The notes: generated by a model not told the origin, from the sequence alone. A stretch of 64,000 nt of DNA from Spirochaetes bacterium ADurb.Bin133 (GCA_002070605.1 MWDO01000001.1:24886-88885); one strand, 5' to 3'. Counted from the first letter of the stretch, positions 49,252 to 60,984 are shown. Translations and numbers: made by a program.

Positions 49252-49955
49252 AAAAAACAATGTTTTTTTTTATTACATTTTTAATTTTTATTAATAACAA
49301 TAAAATAACTTCAAGCGGTATTACTCAGAATTTTAGCTTCGCTTCAGGGTTGTCTCTTAATTCTTTATTGATTCTTGAACCAAGTTATCAGGAGCCAAAA
49401 TATATAGAATATCATGTTTTGGTACATTTAACGATAAAATTTGACTATTTGTTTTTTAAAGAAGTCAGGAATAATTATAAAATCGGATTCGGTCTGGCGC
49501 TTGGAGACTCAATTAATGTATCGGCTATGGGGGGATACGGAGGAATCGGAACATATATAACTTCGGCGATTTTACTAAGCGGGCTGCTACCGGGATTTAT
49601 TTATACATTTTTTCAACAACGTTGTTTTATGAATAGACTATTTCAGAAAATTACATTTGTAAATTTGATAGGCAGCGATTATGAAAATAAATATGCTCTA
49701 ATTGAAGTTGGTCTTAATGCGGAATTTGTTTTCTTTTTTTATGAATTTCAGTTTTTTATCTCCCCCAATTTTTTTATAGGATTTTTGAAATATACGACTT
49801 CGTGGATGTTTTTAAACGTTAAAGGCGAAATTATAAATATCAGTCATATTATCGGCGGTTTTTTTGAGTTTGGTATAAATGTAACGCCTTATAGAAATTA
49901 TGACAATTTTTTTATAAATATTGGCGTTGAATATCGCGTAGGGAGTATAAAATAA
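49248..49955 (+). CDS. Cassette partner, copy 1: secreted beta-rich protein, possibly a small OMP
   Basis: Signal peptide. Translationally coupled to the upstream gene. Paralogous to 52683..53324 (shared motifs FSFA, YALIEVGL and EYRVG). Confidence 0.5.
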   Translation: MKKTMFFFITFLIFINNNKITSSGITQNFSFASGLSLNSLLILEPSYQEPKYIEYHVLVHLTIKFDYLFFKEVRNNYKIGFGLALGDSINVSAMGGYGGIGTYITSAILLSGLLPGFIYTFFQQRCFMNRLFQKITFVNLIGSDYENKYALIEVGLNAEFVFFFYEFQFFISPNFFIGFLKYTTSWMFLNVKGEIINISHIIGGFFEFGINVTPYRNYDNFFINIGVEYRVGSIK

Positions 49956-50052
49956 GAGATAGAAATTATAGATATTATAGATTATAAATAAAAACTATTG
50001 ACAAAATTAAATTTTTATTATATAATTTGATTAAATTATTAGGAGGTAAATT

Positions 50053-51618
50053 ATGATTCAAAAAGTGTCAGTAGTCTTTGCTCTTTTGCTATTATTGGGA
50101 TGTAGCAACCCCGCTTTGCTGGTTGACGTAAAAAATGATAGCGCCGTTGGTATATTAAAAATGAGGAATATACCGAAAAGGTCGGAAGTTATAAAAGATG
50201 AAAAAAATGTCGTAAGCGACAGGAAAGCGGTTTTAACCGGAGCGGATCTCTATCTTAATTCGAAATTTGTCAGATCTATAGTTCCCGCGTCGAGATTTCC
50301 CGGGATTACAAGAGGGAACGACGTTACTGAAGAGGGCGGAGAGTCTCTTGAGTATGTTGACGACGTTATGATAGACTCGTTTGTCGAGGAGATTTTTACT
50401 AAAGCGACCGATGAAGAAAAAGAGTATTTTATGGAAAATATCGACGAAATCTCGTTGGAATTTAATATAGTTGTCAAATACGACTCGACGGACGACGCTT
50501 CGGATGATATGTTTATCGAGGGAGCGAAAGAGCTTAACGCGGCTCAGGACGAGTTGTACAACAGTTTGCAGTTAAACGAGGTTGCGATTAAAGAAGAAAC
50601 GAACAGAAGCGGCTATGGCGCGACTCTGAATCCTCAAAAATACAGAGCGCTTAACAAACATAACAGATACAGAAATTCAAACGAAAGAGTCGTAAAAGCG
50701 TGGGAACTGGCAAATTATTTTTTAATGAACGGCGATATTGAAGAAGTTGAAAATATAGCTGAGATGTTTGGAGTAGATATAGATATGGATAAATTAAAAG
50801 CTCTAAACATACAGAGGAGCAAAAGTAGAAGCGGAACTCCGTGGTTCGCGTATAAAAGCGAATTACCCGGAGCTGTTGAATGGTTTAAGAAATATGGGCA
50901 AAATGGCGACATAGTATCAAGGTGCTTAGAGTGGGCATGTATATATGGATGGTTTGATCATACTGGAATGTTTAGTAGAGATAGATTTTACAATGTGAGA
51001 GATAGCAACCGACTTTCAACTGCTTCCAGATGTATTCTCGCTTCATATCCTACGATGGCATACCCAATACAGGAGGATAGAAAAGGCGAGAGAGCTGAAT
51101 ACGCCTCTTACGAACCGCTTGCTAATTTTACCGACGCTTACAGGATTACCGTAAACAGAGCGAGCAAAGATAAAGGGCAAAAAGCGCTTGATAAAGCTGA
51201 GTCTCATTTTTACGGGGACGGAAGTAAGCGGGATTATCATAAATGGTGCGACGGAACATATACGTACTGGATAGGGTGGTATAGTTTTACGGGCTATTAC
51301 AATTGCGTATCTGAAACGTTGCGAACCACCGATAGGTCAAATAAAGACCCTCAAAATGTAAATTACTGTAGTTATATAGCGTGGTATGGCTATAAATACG
51401 GAGCGGATATAGACCTCGACTCGGACAATTATTCAAGAAAAAGTACCGGTAATATGAAAGTTCCGGACGATATTGTTAACTCGAAAAATGATCAATACGC
51501 TGACTGTTGGGTGTGGGTAAAGAAAAACGGCGCATGCGGAGAGTATACCGCGTTGAGTTACGTAAGTAAGAAGGTATATAGCGCTAAGACTATATCTGTT
51601 TTTTCGGCTACAAAGTGA
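50053..51618 (+). CDS. Large hypothetical lipoprotein with an acidic N-terminal half and a Cys/Trp/Tyr-rich C-terminal half
   Basis: Lipobox LLGCS. The C-terminal region reads WCDGTYTYWIGWYSFTGYYNC...CWVWVKKNGACGEY. No known domain. Confidence 0.5.
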   Translation: MIQKVSVVFALLLLLGCSNPALLVDVKNDSAVGILKMRNIPKRSEVIKDEKNVVSDRKAVLTGADLYLNSKFVRSIVPASRFPGITRGNDVTEEGGESLEYVDDVMIDSFVEEIFTKATDEEKEYFMENIDEISLEFNIVVKYDSTDDASDDMFIEGAKELNAAQDELYNSLQLNEVAIKEETNRSGYGATLNPQKYRALNKHNRYRNSNERVVKAWELANYFLMNGDIEEVENIAEMFGVDIDMDKLKALNIQRSKSRSGTPWFAYKSELPGAVEWFKKYGQNGDIVSRCLEWACIYGWFDHTGMFSRDRFYNVRDSNRLSTASRCILASYPTMAYPIQEDRKGERAEYASYEPLANFTDAYRITVNRASKDKGQKALDKAESHFYGDGSKRDYHKWCDGTYTYWIGWYSFTGYYNCVSETLRTTDRSNKDPQNVNYCSYIAWYGYKYGADIDLDSDNYSRKSTGNMKVPDDIVNSKNDQYADCWVWVKKNGACGEYTALSYVSKKVYSAKTISVFSATK

Positions 51619-51676
51619 TAAATGTAAGTCCTCGTTTCAAAAAAACGGGGACTTCTTTTTTATTTAAGGAAAAGTT

Positions 51677-52663
51677 ATGAAAATAAAACTTTTTTTGCCT
51701 GCGATATTAATTTTTGTATTGTGTTGTTGTTCCTGTTCCAATGAAGTCGATCCCGATTATCTGCCGAGTTTTGACGGGATTGAAGCTAACAAGGACAATA
51801 TATTTTTTTTGGATAGGGAAAGTAAATGCAATAAAATATATGTGATTAATACGAAAGAAAACAAGAAGATAAATACTTATGAGTTTAACAATATTTATAT
51901 TGACTATTTGGTATACGATGCATCGTTTGATTTAAACCCGTACTTATTGATAAACAATAAATTGTTAAAATTTGATGTTGAATTTGGTCGTCTTATTGAA
52001 ATAGGACTAGATTATACTCCCGACTATTTAGAAATAGTTGAAGATAAATTGTGGGTAATACCGATGAGCGTTGGATATAAAAATGTTCCTAAGAGATATT
52101 TAACATACGACGCATCGATAGACAAGACGGAATATATTATAATCCCGGAGGGGCTTTTTATAGGATCGTATTTTATCTTCAATGGTAATACATATTTGCC
52201 AATTGTATTTCAATCCGATGCGCCGAAGATTTATAATTTAACTACTAATAAAATCATTAGTAATTTATTTACTAATGATAAAAGTTATTATGATTATTAT
52301 TTAATAAAAAGTTATTTATTTTCTGCATATTATAATAACGATAATAAATTAGTTTACGATGTTTATTTTGTGAACTCTTTTGAGCCGACGTTTAATTATA
52401 ACTACCTTTTTACGACTGACGAAGAATATCTTTTTGGCGCAATATATGAGAACGAAAATTATCTTTATTATATGGATAGGGATTACATAATGCTTATGGA
52501 TAAAAAAGATAATTATACCGTTAAAAGTTTTAAAGAGTTAAACGGGGATTCAAGAAATTTTGTTACCTATTGTAGAAACGGCTATATTTGGCTTGTAAGC
52601 GACAATAACGACGGGGCGTATAAGGTCGATATGGACGATTTGAGCTATGAGATAATAAATTGA
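51677..52663 (+). CDS. Variable surface lipoprotein, cassette copy 2
   Basis: Same signal peptide and C-terminal 30 aa as 48259..49251, with a divergent middle. Confidence 0.6.
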   Translation: MKIKLFLPAILIFVLCCCSCSNEVDPDYLPSFDGIEANKDNIFFLDRESKCNKIYVINTKENKKINTYEFNNIYIDYLVYDASFDLNPYLLINNKLLKFDVEFGRLIEIGLDYTPDYLEIVEDKLWVIPMSVGYKNVPKRYLTYDASIDKTEYIIIPEGLFIGSYFIFNGNTYLPIVFQSDAPKIYNLTTNKIISNLFTNDKSYYDYYLIKSYLFSAYYNNDNKLVYDVYFVNSFEPTFNYNYLFTTDEEYLFGAIYENENYLYYMDRDYIMLMDKKDNYTVKSFKELNGDSRNFVTYCRNGYIWLVSDNNDGAYKVDMDDLSYEIIN

Positions 52664-52682
52664 AATATTTTAAGAGATTAAA

Positions 52683-53324
52683 ATGAATAAAAAAAAGGTC
52701 TTAACGTTTTTTGTATTGATATTTTTAATATCGACAAATCTCTTTTCAAATGACGCCGAAAATGTAGGCGTACGCCAAAATTTTAGTTTTGCCGCTTCAA
52801 GCGGGGTTTGCTTGATTCCTTTTGAGTTTGATACGCTCGATTTTTATGAATTTGGCTTTAAGTTTGATTATCAGTTTTTTAAGGAGATCGGCGGTTATGT
52901 AAAACTCGGATTTGGCTTATCCTTTGGAGATTCAATCAATATAGGCGGCTTTATGACTTTGCTGATATATAGATATTTTACTTTCAACTTTTTTAACGAG
53001 CTCTCTCAGAAAATATCGTTTAACGCTCTCGTCGGCAACGATTGGAATAATAAATACGCTCTTTTTGAGTTAGGCGCTGTTTTTTCGTTTACCGCTTTTT
53101 TTTCTTCGTATTATGAATATTATTATTTGACCCTGTTTGTTTCCCCGTATCTTTTTATAGGTTTTGTAAATATAAGTTCGTCAAGCCACATATTCGGAGG
53201 TTTTTTCGAATACTCTTTTGACGTAGGAAAATATACAACCGACGTCTATTCAATAATGAGACCCGCATACGGTTATATAAGTTTTGGGATCGAATATCGC
53301 ATAGGGTATTGCTTGGATAAATAG
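52683..53324 (+). CDS. Cassette partner, copy 2
   Basis: Paralog of 49248..49955. Its 3' end is the template-like sequence for the fragments at 45818 and 47985. Confidence 0.5.
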   Translation: MNKKKVLTFFVLIFLISTNLFSNDAENVGVRQNFSFAASSGVCLIPFEFDTLDFYEFGFKFDYQFFKEIGGYVKLGFGLSFGDSINIGGFMTLLIYRYFTFNFFNELSQKISFNALVGNDWNNKYALFELGAVFSFTAFFSSYYEYYYLTLFVSPYLFIGFVNISSSSHIFGGFFEYSFDVGKYTTDVYSIMRPAYGYISFGIEYRIGYCLDK

Positions 53325-53327
53325 AGG

Positions 53328-54794
53328 TTGAAAAATATACTTTTTGTTTTATTTTGTCCCCTATTGTTTTATTGTTGCTCTGTTCCCATCGATCAAACCG
53401 AGGAGGATGATTCGGATAGAATTAGCGTAGATTGGACTATGATGTTTTATCTCGGAGCGGATAACAATTTGGAGTACGATTTGTTAAGGAACGTCAAAGC
53501 TATTAAAGGGGCTTATCAAGGGGGATGCAACGTTATAATATTCATAGACAGAAGTGCCTTTTATTCTATAAATTCTACCATTTTTGGCGAAAATTTCTCC
53601 GGATGTAGAATTTATAGAGTCAAAAGAGATAATCGGATAGAACTGTTAGAAAAAGAAGATTATTTTTATGATACAACGCCGGATAGCGGGGGTTATAACT
53701 TTAATTCGGCGGATATCCTTGTTTTAAAGAAATTTATTGAATATTGCAAAAATAACTTTCCGGCTCGCTATTACTCTTTAATTATCGGTTCGCATGGCGG
53801 CGGAGCGAGAAGCGCTAACGGCAGTAGAAACATAGTATACGACGAGGCGTATGACGAGTGGATATATACAGGCCAATGGACAGACTATTTATCTAAAGAG
53901 TATTCTGTCGATATATTGGGTTTAGACGCCTGTTTTATGGGAAATATTGAGTTTTTATATCAAATAAGGAGAAATAACGGTAGATTTAGCGCCGATTATG
54001 TTATTGCGTCGCCTCCTACGGAATGAGGGTACGGATGGAATTATTCGGGTATATTTCAAAGGATTACAGAAAACGAGGCGGTTGTTGTAGAAAATAAAAT
54101 GAACGATATTACGGGAGAGAAAAGATCAATTTATCCGTCCAATTTATTGGCTCCGGAGGATTTAGGGAGGATAATTATTGAGGAGCAGTATGATTATACT
54201 TCTTTGGAAACCGACGATCAAGCTCTAGCTCTTTACAATACTGAAAAATGCGTAGACCTAAAATATTCTCTTGACGCTTTATTTGTAGCTTTAAAGGATA
54301 ACTTAGCGGATATTGAGATTATTCGAGGGAAAGGGGAAATTAATCAGGCGGACGCGCTTTTTTATTTTGATAGTTCGTCGGTAGACGAATGGATTGATTA
54401 TTGCTATTTTGATATTTACGATATATGTAAAAAAATAATTTTATCAAACAAATTTTCTCAATATATAAATAATATGGCGGCGGAAGTTCAGGAAAAAATA
54501 AACGAGGTTATATTATACTCCTTTTCCGGTAAATATTTTCAACGATTTCAGAATAATGTCAACGGTTTGTCGTTTTTTTTCCCTGATGGAAATGCTCTTT
54601 ACGAAGGAGATAAAGTTTACCGGTATCAAAGCTGGTATAACGCGATAGAGGACGAAGATTCTTATGGCAAACTCTCTTTTTGTTCTGATAACGCTTTGAT
54701 GGGGAACGGCGTCGTAGAAAATTATTTTGAAGTATTAGACTACTGGTTTGATAATCAAAACGAAAACGGCGGTTTTAACGGTTATGGATATTAA
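53328..54794 (+). pseudogene. Clostripain-like (C11) cysteine peptidase lipoprotein interrupted by a single in-frame TGA at 54024-54026
   Basis: His-Gly (GSHGGGAR) and Cys (LGLDACFMGN) catalytic motifs. ORFs 53328..54026 and 54099..54794 are in the same frame. The C11-conserved GYGWNY follows the TGA immediately (compare clostripain ASEETEPGIGWDY). Confidence 0.6.
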
Positions 54795-55503
54795 TTTTTT
54801 TTCTGCAAAAAGTTCAAGTTTTTTTAAAACCTTTTCCGCGATTCATATATTAGCGCTTATGTCGATAGCTATTTTATCAATAAGTTTACTATATATCTTA
54901 AAAAACAAGTCCGATAGAGATAAAAAGATTTTTAGACTAATATTGGGGTGTTTTGCCTTAATTCTTCAAATATCCTACGATATTTGGCTTATTGTAAACG
55001 AAAACTTTACTATAAAAGAATCTTTACCTTTAAATATATGTTCTGTATCATTAATTTTGGTATTTATTTTATTTTTAACAAAAAACAGAATAGTCTTTAG
55101 CGTTCAATACTTCTGGGGGATAATCGGGAGTTCTTATGCTTTAATTTTTCCGAATATTATACATAATTTCCCTCATTTTAGATTTGTTGAATATTTTCTT
55201 GCCCATGGAGTAATACTTTTTTCCGTTTTTTATTTTTTGTTTATAGAAAAATATACCATAACTATAAAAAGCGCCGTTGCGGCGTATATTTTTTCGGTTT
55301 TTTATCTGGGTATTGTTTTTGTTATAAATCTGATAATCGGGTCTAATTACTTGTTTTTGATGAAAAAACCGCAATTTGCTAGTTTTCTTGATTTATTTGG
55401 AGATTATTATAGATTTGGACTTTTATTAGTAATTTTGATTATGTTCATTGTTTTATACATTCCCTTTATATTACGGGGAATATATATGAGAAATAGAAAG
55501 TAG
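54784..55503 (+). CDS. Hypothetical polytopic membrane protein
   Basis: About seven hydrophobic helices. I chose the ATG at 54784, which overlaps the peptidase stop by 11 nt. The track's earlier start lies inside the upstream gene. Confidence 0.4.
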   Translation: MDINFFSAKSSSFFKTFSAIHILALMSIAILSISLLYILKNKSDRDKKIFRLILGCFALILQISYDIWLIVNENFTIKESLPLNICSVSLILVFILFLTKNRIVFSVQYFWGIIGSSYALIFPNIIHNFPHFRFVEYFLAHGVILFSVFYFLFIEKYTITIKSAVAAYIFSVFYLGIVFVINLIIGSNYLFLMKKPQFASFLDLFGDYYRFGLLLVILIMFIVLYIPFILRGIYMRNRK

Positions 55504-55746
55504 AAATTTAAATTTACTAAAACGGCAACGTTCGCTTTTTTATATTATATATTTATCACAAAGCGCGACAATCCCTCGATTTTTTGCGCGATTTTAATCA
55601 TAAAAAATTCACAAATAATAATATTTATGATAGTATGTAAGTTCTTGATAAGATCGGATAAATGAGATTAACATTTTTCTGCGAATTTTTAAAAAAATAT
55701 AGAGTAGTTGGGCGCGAGCCGTAAATAGGACAAGGAGCGCAATATT

Positions 55747-57543
55747 TTGGACAGGATCAGAAATTTCAGCATCATAGCTCATATTGACCACGGTAAGTCT
55801 ACTTTGGCGGACCGTCTTATCGAGTTTAGTAATATTATATCCCAAAGAGAGTATAAGGATCAGATATTAGACAATCTTGATATCGAGAGGGAGCGGGGCA
55901 TTACCATAAAGAGCAACGCCGTTAGACTTCCTTATACCGCTAAGGACGGCAATCAGTATAGTTTGAATCTCATCGATACGCCCGGGCACGTCGATTTCAC
56001 TTACGAAGTCTCCAGGTCTCTCAAAGCGTGCGAGGGCGCGTTATTGCTCATCGACGCGACTCAAGGAGTCGAGGCTCAGACTTTAGCCAATTTATATTTA
56101 GCTTTGGAGTTGAACCTCGAGATTATCATAGTTATTAATAAGATAGACCTTCCTTCGGCAAACGTCGAAGAGGTAAAGAAACAGATAAAAACCGAACTTG
56201 GATTAGATCCGAAAAACGCTATATTAGCGTCGGGAAAAGAGGGCATAGGAATCGCCGATATATTTGAAGCTATCGTTAACGTCATACCCCCTCCGGAAGG
56301 AAAGACTGACAGTCCGCTAAAATCTCTGATATTCGATAGTCATTACGACGAATATAGAGGGGTAGTTATTCATACGAGAGTTTTTGACGGCGAGATCAAG
56401 GCGGGAGACGAGATACTTCTTATGCAGACCGGGACAAATTATGTTGTGGAGGAGACGGGGTATTTTAAACTTAGGATGGATAAGTCGGATAAGTTATCGC
56501 CCGGCGACGTGGGGTACGTAATAGCCGGAATTAAAAATATAGCGGACGTTCTAATCGGCGATACTATTACAAACCTGAAAAACCCCGCGCCGCAACCGTT
56601 AGCCGGATTTAAAGAGATAAAACCGGTCGTTTTTTCGTCAATATATCCGGTATCTTCCGACGATTATCAAGATTTAGCGGACGCGTTGTTAAAGTTAAAG
56701 TTAAACGATTCTTCTCTTATATATGCGAAGGACTTTTCATCGGCGTTGGGGTTTGGATTTAGATGCGGATTTTTGGGGCTACTTCATCTTGAGGTCGTAC
56801 AGGAACGTTTAGAGAGGGAATTTGACGTTTCGTTAATTTTAACGGCGCCTTCGGTTCAGTATAATATTTTTTTAAAGTCCGGCGATAGCGTATTCCTTGA
56901 CAATCCGTTAAATTATCCCGACGAGACGGAAATCGATTATATTGAAGAGCCTTATATAAAGGCGACAATTATTTTACCTCAAGAATATCTTGGCTCTATT
57001 ATGAATTTGTGTATTGAAAAAAGAGGTTCTCAGACGAATTTTAGGTATCTCGACGAAAAGAGAGTAGAACTTCAATACGATTTGCCTTTGGCGGAGATTA
57101 TTTACGATTTTTACGATAAATTAAAATCAATGAGCAAAGGATATGCCTCTTTTGATTACGAGATAACCGATATGAAAAGAACGGATTTGGCTAAAGTCGA
57201 TATTCTGGTGTCGGGCAAACCCGTAGACGCTTTGTCGTTTTTGGTTCATAAAGAGAGCGCAAGAAACAGAGCGAAGAAAATTTGCGAAAAACTAACGGAG
57301 CATATTCCGAGACAGCAATTTAAGATCCCTATACAGGCGGCTATCGGAAATAATATTATCGCGCGAGAAAACATAAACGCGTATAGAAAAGACGTAATTG
57401 CAAAGTGTTACGGCGGAGATATTTCTCGAAAAAGAAAGTTGTTAGAGAAACAGAAAGAGGGAAAGAAAAGAATGAAGATGGTCGGGAATGTCGAGATACC
57501 TCAATCCGCCTTTATGGCGATTTTGAAAACCGACGACGTTTAA
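55747..57543 (+). CDS. lepA: Elongation factor 4 (LepA), TTG start
   Basis: [23 protein letters not shown] (G1), DTPGHVDF and NKIDL motifs, plus the LepA-specific C-terminal domain. Confidence 0.95.
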   Translation: MDRIRNFSIIAHIDHGKSTLADRLIEFSNIISQREYKDQILDNLDIERERGITIKSNAVRLPYTAKDGNQYSLNLIDTPGHVDFTYEVSRSLKACEGALLLIDATQGVEAQTLANLYLALELNLEIIIVINKIDLPSANVEEVKKQIKTELGLDPKNAILASGKEGIGIADIFEAIVNVIPPPEGKTDSPLKSLIFDSHYDEYRGVVIHTRVFDGEIKAGDEILLMQTGTNYVVEETGYFKLRMDKSDKLSPGDVGYVIAGIKNIADVLIGDTITNLKNPAPQPLAGFKEIKPVVFSSIYPVSSDDYQDLADALLKLKLNDSSLIYAKDFSSALGFGFRCGFLGLLHLEVVQERLEREFDVSLILTAPSVQYNIFLKSGDSVFLDNPLNYPDETEIDYIEEPYIKATIILPQEYLGSIMNLCIEKRGSQTNFRYLDEKRVELQYDLPLAEIIYDFYDKLKSMSKGYASFDYEITDMKRTDLAKVDILVSGKPVDALSFLVHKESARNRAKKICEKLTEHIPRQQFKIPIQAAIGNNIIARENINAYRKDVIAKCYGGDISRKRKLLEKQKEGKKRMKMVGNVEIPQSAFMAILKTDDV

Positions 57544-57608
57544 TAAAATATCTTCAAATTTTATTGAAAATATAAAAAAAAAAGTTATAATGGCAAAGTT
57601 GTTTTTTA

Positions 57609-57682
57609 CGGGGCATAGCGCAGCCTGGTAGCGCGTTCGGTTCGGGACCGAGAGGCCGGAGGTTCGAATCCTCTTGCCCCGA
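57609..57682 (+). tRNA. tRNA-Pro (anticodon CGG)
   Basis: I folded the cloverleaf manually: acceptor stem CGGGGCA/TGCCCCG, U8 A9, D-stem GCGC/GCGC, anticodon loop TTCGGGA, T-arm GGAGG-TTCGAAT-CCTCT, discriminator A. No CCA is encoded. Confidence 0.8.
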
Positions 57683-57714
57683 TTTTTTTTCCGTAGCAGT
57701 TTGGAGAATTTTGG

Positions 57715-60700
57715 ATGCCGTTATATAAAGATATTAAAAAGGCGCTGGTTATCGGATCGGGACCGATTGTTATAGGGCAGGCTGCGGAGTTTGATTACGC
57801 CGGAACTCAAGCTTGCAAGTCTCTTAGAGAAGAGGGGCTTGAAGTTGTTCTTGTCAATTCTAACCCGGCTACAATAATGACAGATCTAAATATGGCGGAT
57901 AAGGTCTATCTGGAACCGTTGACAATCGATTCGGTTGAGAGGATCATCGCAAAAGAGAGACCCGACGGGTTATTGCCGACGCTTGGAGGTCAGACGGGAT
58001 TAAATCTTGCCGTCGAGCTTAGCGAGAACGGCGTTCTTGATAAATACAACGTTAGACTTTTAGGAACTCCCTTAATGGCGATTAAAAAAGCGGAAGATAG
58101 AGAGTTGTTTAAAAATCTGATGATAGAGATAAACGAGCCCATTCCTCCAAGCGCTATTGTTAATACCGTAAAAGGCGCCGTCGATTTTGCCGAGGAGATA
58201 GGATATCCCGTAATAGTAAGACCCGCTTACACGATGGGCGGATTGGGCGGCGGTATTGCCGACAATAGAGAAGATCTTGTTAATATTTCAATGAAAGGTA
58301 TAAAAAATTCCAGAATAGGGCAGTTGTTAATCGAAAGATCGGTAGCCGGATGGAAAGAGATAGAGTTCGAGGTTATGAGAGATTCCGGCGACGCTTGTAT
58401 TACTATTTGTAGTATGGAAAACGTCGATCCTGTCGGAATACATACGGGAGACAGCCTGGTAGTCGCTCCGTGTCAGACTTTGGCTGATAGAGAGTATCGG
58501 ATGTTGAGAGCGGCTTCGTTAAAGATAATAAGGGCTTTGGGGATAGAAGGGGGATGCAACATACAGTTTGCGCTTGACCCCTACTCTTTTGAATATATAG
58601 TAATAGAAGTCAACCCCAGAGTGTCTCGTTCTTCAGCGTTGGCGTCTAAGGCGACGGGATATCCGATAGCCAAAGTAGCTTCGAAAATTGCGATAGGATT
58701 GCGGCTCGACGAGATAGAAAATTCGGTAACAAAAAAGACGTTGGCAAGTTTTGAGCCCGCCATAGATTACGTTGTAACAAAGGCGCCCAGATGGCCCTTT
58801 GATAAATTTGTTTCCGCAGATAGAAGTCTCGGCGCGCAGATGAAAGCGACCGGCGAAGTTATGGCTATTGATAGATCTTTGGAAGGGTCGCTTATGAAGG
58901 CTATAAGATCGCTTGAGATGCGCGTCGACGGACCTTATTTAAAATCGATAGCCGATTGGGACGACGCAAAATTGGTCGAGTATCTTAAATTAGTCGACGA
59001 TAGAAGAATGTTTGTTATATTTGAGCTTCTTAGAAGAGGATATCCGATTGGTAAGATAGCAAGCGATACTAAAATAGATATGTTTTTTCTCAAGAAGTTT
59101 GAAAATATTATACTGCTTGAAAAAGAGATTAAAAATTATTTTACTAAAGAGACGGTTTTATCGGGTAAAAAACCGGAAGAAAAGGTAATAGCGTTTTTAA
59201 GGAAAATAAAAGATAGAGGATTTGCGGATACGTATATTGCGAGGATGATAGGAACGACTCACCTTGAGTTTAGAGCTTTTAGAAAGTTATGCGGCGTTAT
59301 ACCGGTTTACAAAATGGTAGATACTTGCGCCGCCGAATTTGAAGCTCATACGCCGTATTATTATTCGACATACGAGGAAGAAGACGAAGTAGTTGTAAAC
59401 GATAAAAGGAAGATATTGGTTTTAGGATCCGGTCCGATAAGAATTGGTCAGGGGATAGAGTTTGATTATTGTTCCGTACACTCCGTATGGGGGCTTGCCG
59501 AAGAGGGAATCGAGTCGATCATTATCAATAATAATCCCGAAACGGTATCGACAGATTTTGACGCGTCGGACAAACTGTATTTTGAACCGCTAAATATCGA
59601 AGATATTTTGAACGTTATAGATAAAGAGAATCCCGAGGGGGTTATCGTTCAGTTTGGAGGGCAAACTGCGATAAATTTGGTTAAACCGCTTTACGACGCG
59701 GGTATAAAAATATTGGGAACTTCAATAGACAGCATCGATATAGCGGAGGATAGAAAAAGATTTAACGATCTGCTTCATTCTTTGGGAGCGTTACAACCTG
59801 AAGGGAAGAGCGTAGTTTCTTTTGACGAAGCTCTTGGGGTGGCGAACAGATTGGGCTATCCGTTGTTAGTCAGACCGTCGTACGTAATAGGCGGTCACGC
59901 TATGGAGATAGTAAATAACGACGACGATCTTTTTCAATATATGAGGTTTGCCACAGACATTAGTCCCGAACATCCCGTATTAGTAGATAGATACGTTCTT
60001 GGTAAAGAGGCTGAAGTCGACGTTATTTGCGACGGAGAGGACGTGTTTATTCCGGGAATATTTGAACAGATCGAACGGGCCGGAGTGCATTCCGGGGATT
60101 CTATGGCGGTATTTCCTCCTTTCAATCTTACCGAAGACGAAAAGAGTACCATCATAAAAAATACGGTAGCTATAGGACGCGCGTTGAAAGTCGTAGGTTT
60201 AATGAATATTCAATACGTTATCAAAGGGGGCAAGGTTTATTGTATAGAGGTCAATCCGCGAGCCAGCCGAACAGTTCCTATAATCAGTAAAGTAACCGGT
60301 ATTGGAATGGTTAGTATAGCTACTAGAATTATGACCGGTAAAAAATTAAAGGATTTTGGTTACTCGACCGGACTATTAACTCCGCCGGATTTTTATACTA
60401 TAAAAGCTCCGGTATTCTCTTTTGATAAATTGAAATTAGTCGAGACCAGTCTAGGACCTGAAATGAAATCTACCGGAGAGGTTTTGGGGCTCGGATTTAA
60501 AAAAGTCAACGCGCTTTTTAAAGCTATGAGCGCTTCGGGGATTAATATTCCAAAAGCCGGAAACGCTCTTATCTCTATAGCCAATAGAGATAAAGAGGAG
60601 CTTTTTGATTTAGCTCAAAGATTATTAAATCTTGGATATAAGCTTTATGGAACGAAGGAAACTTATAAGTTTTTAGCCGATAAAGGGATTGAAATTAATC

Positions 60701-60984
60701 CGGCTTATTTGCCCGGAGACGGCGTTCCGAACGTTATAGAATTGATGAAGGATAATGTTATAGATTTGATTATAAACACGCCGACTAAAGGCAAAAACCC
60801 CGGAAAATTGGGATTCAAAATACGAAGACTTGCCGTCGAACTTCGGACGCCCTGTATAACTTCGTTAGATACGGCTATTAGCGCCATAACCGTGTTGGAA
60901 GAAGAAAAAAAAGGCAACGATTTGCGCGCGAATTCGCTTAACGATCTATTGGAAACGTACAAAGACAAGTCTATTATTTATTGA
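57715..60984 (+). CDS. carB: Carbamoyl-phosphate synthase large subunit
   Basis: 1089 aa with two ATP-grasp halves and a C-terminal MGS-like domain. N-terminus [28 protein letters not shown]. No carA in the window. Confidence 0.95.
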   Translation: MPLYKDIKKALVIGSGPIVIGQAAEFDYAGTQACKSLREEGLEVVLVNSNPATIMTDLNMADKVYLEPLTIDSVERIIAKERPDGLLPTLGGQTGLNLAVELSENGVLDKYNVRLLGTPLMAIKKAEDRELFKNLMIEINEPIPPSAIVNTVKGAVDFAEEIGYPVIVRPAYTMGGLGGGIADNREDLVNISMKGIKNSRIGQLLIERSVAGWKEIEFEVMRDSGDACITICSMENVDPVGIHTGDSLVVAPCQTLADREYRMLRAASLKIIRALGIEGGCNIQFALDPYSFEYIVIEVNPRVSRSSALASKATGYPIAKVASKIAIGLRLDEIENSVTKKTLASFEPAIDYVVTKAPRWPFDKFVSADRSLGAQMKATGEVMAIDRSLEGSLMKAIRSLEMRVDGPYLKSIADWDDAKLVEYLKLVDDRRMFVIFELLRRGYPIGKIASDTKIDMFFLKKFENIILLEKEIKNYFTKETVLSGKKPEEKVIAFLRKIKDRGFADTYIARMIGTTHLEFRAFRKLCGVIPVYKMVDTCAAEFEAHTPYYYSTYEEEDEVVVNDKRKILVLGSGPIRIGQGIEFDYCSVHSVWGLAEEGIESIIINNNPETVSTDFDASDKLYFEPLNIEDILNVIDKENPEGVIVQFGGQTAINLVKPLYDAGIKILGTSIDSIDIAEDRKRFNDLLHSLGALQPEGKSVVSFDEALGVANRLGYPLLVRPSYVIGGHAMEIVNNDDDLFQYMRFATDISPEHPVLVDRYVLGKEAEVDVICDGEDVFIPGIFEQIERAGVHSGDSMAVFPPFNLTEDEKSTIIKNTVAIGRALKVVGLMNIQYVIKGGKVYCIEVNPRASRTVPIISKVTGIGMVSIATRIMTGKKLKDFGYSTGLLTPPDFYTIKAPVFSFDKLKLVETSLGPEMKSTGEVLGLGFKKVNALFKAMSASGINIPKAGNALISIANRDKEELFDLAQRLLNLGYKLYGTKETYKFLADKGIEINPAYLPGDGVPNVIELMKDNVIDLIINTPTKGKNPGKLGFKIRRLAVELRTPCITSLDTAISAITVLEEEKKGNDLRANSLNDLLETYKDKSIIY

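Noticed and set aside
54024-54026. In-frame TGA in the C11 peptidase as selenocysteine or genetic-code reassignment
   Set aside because: No SECIS-like context was noticed. TGA terminates other genes in the window (the DUF1385 gene at 20377-20379 and carB), so a pseudogene or sequencing error is more parsimonious.
57683-57700. T-run after tRNA-Pro as a terminator
   Set aside because: No stable stem other than the tRNA acceptor/T-arm itself. It may simply be the tRNA 3' trailer.
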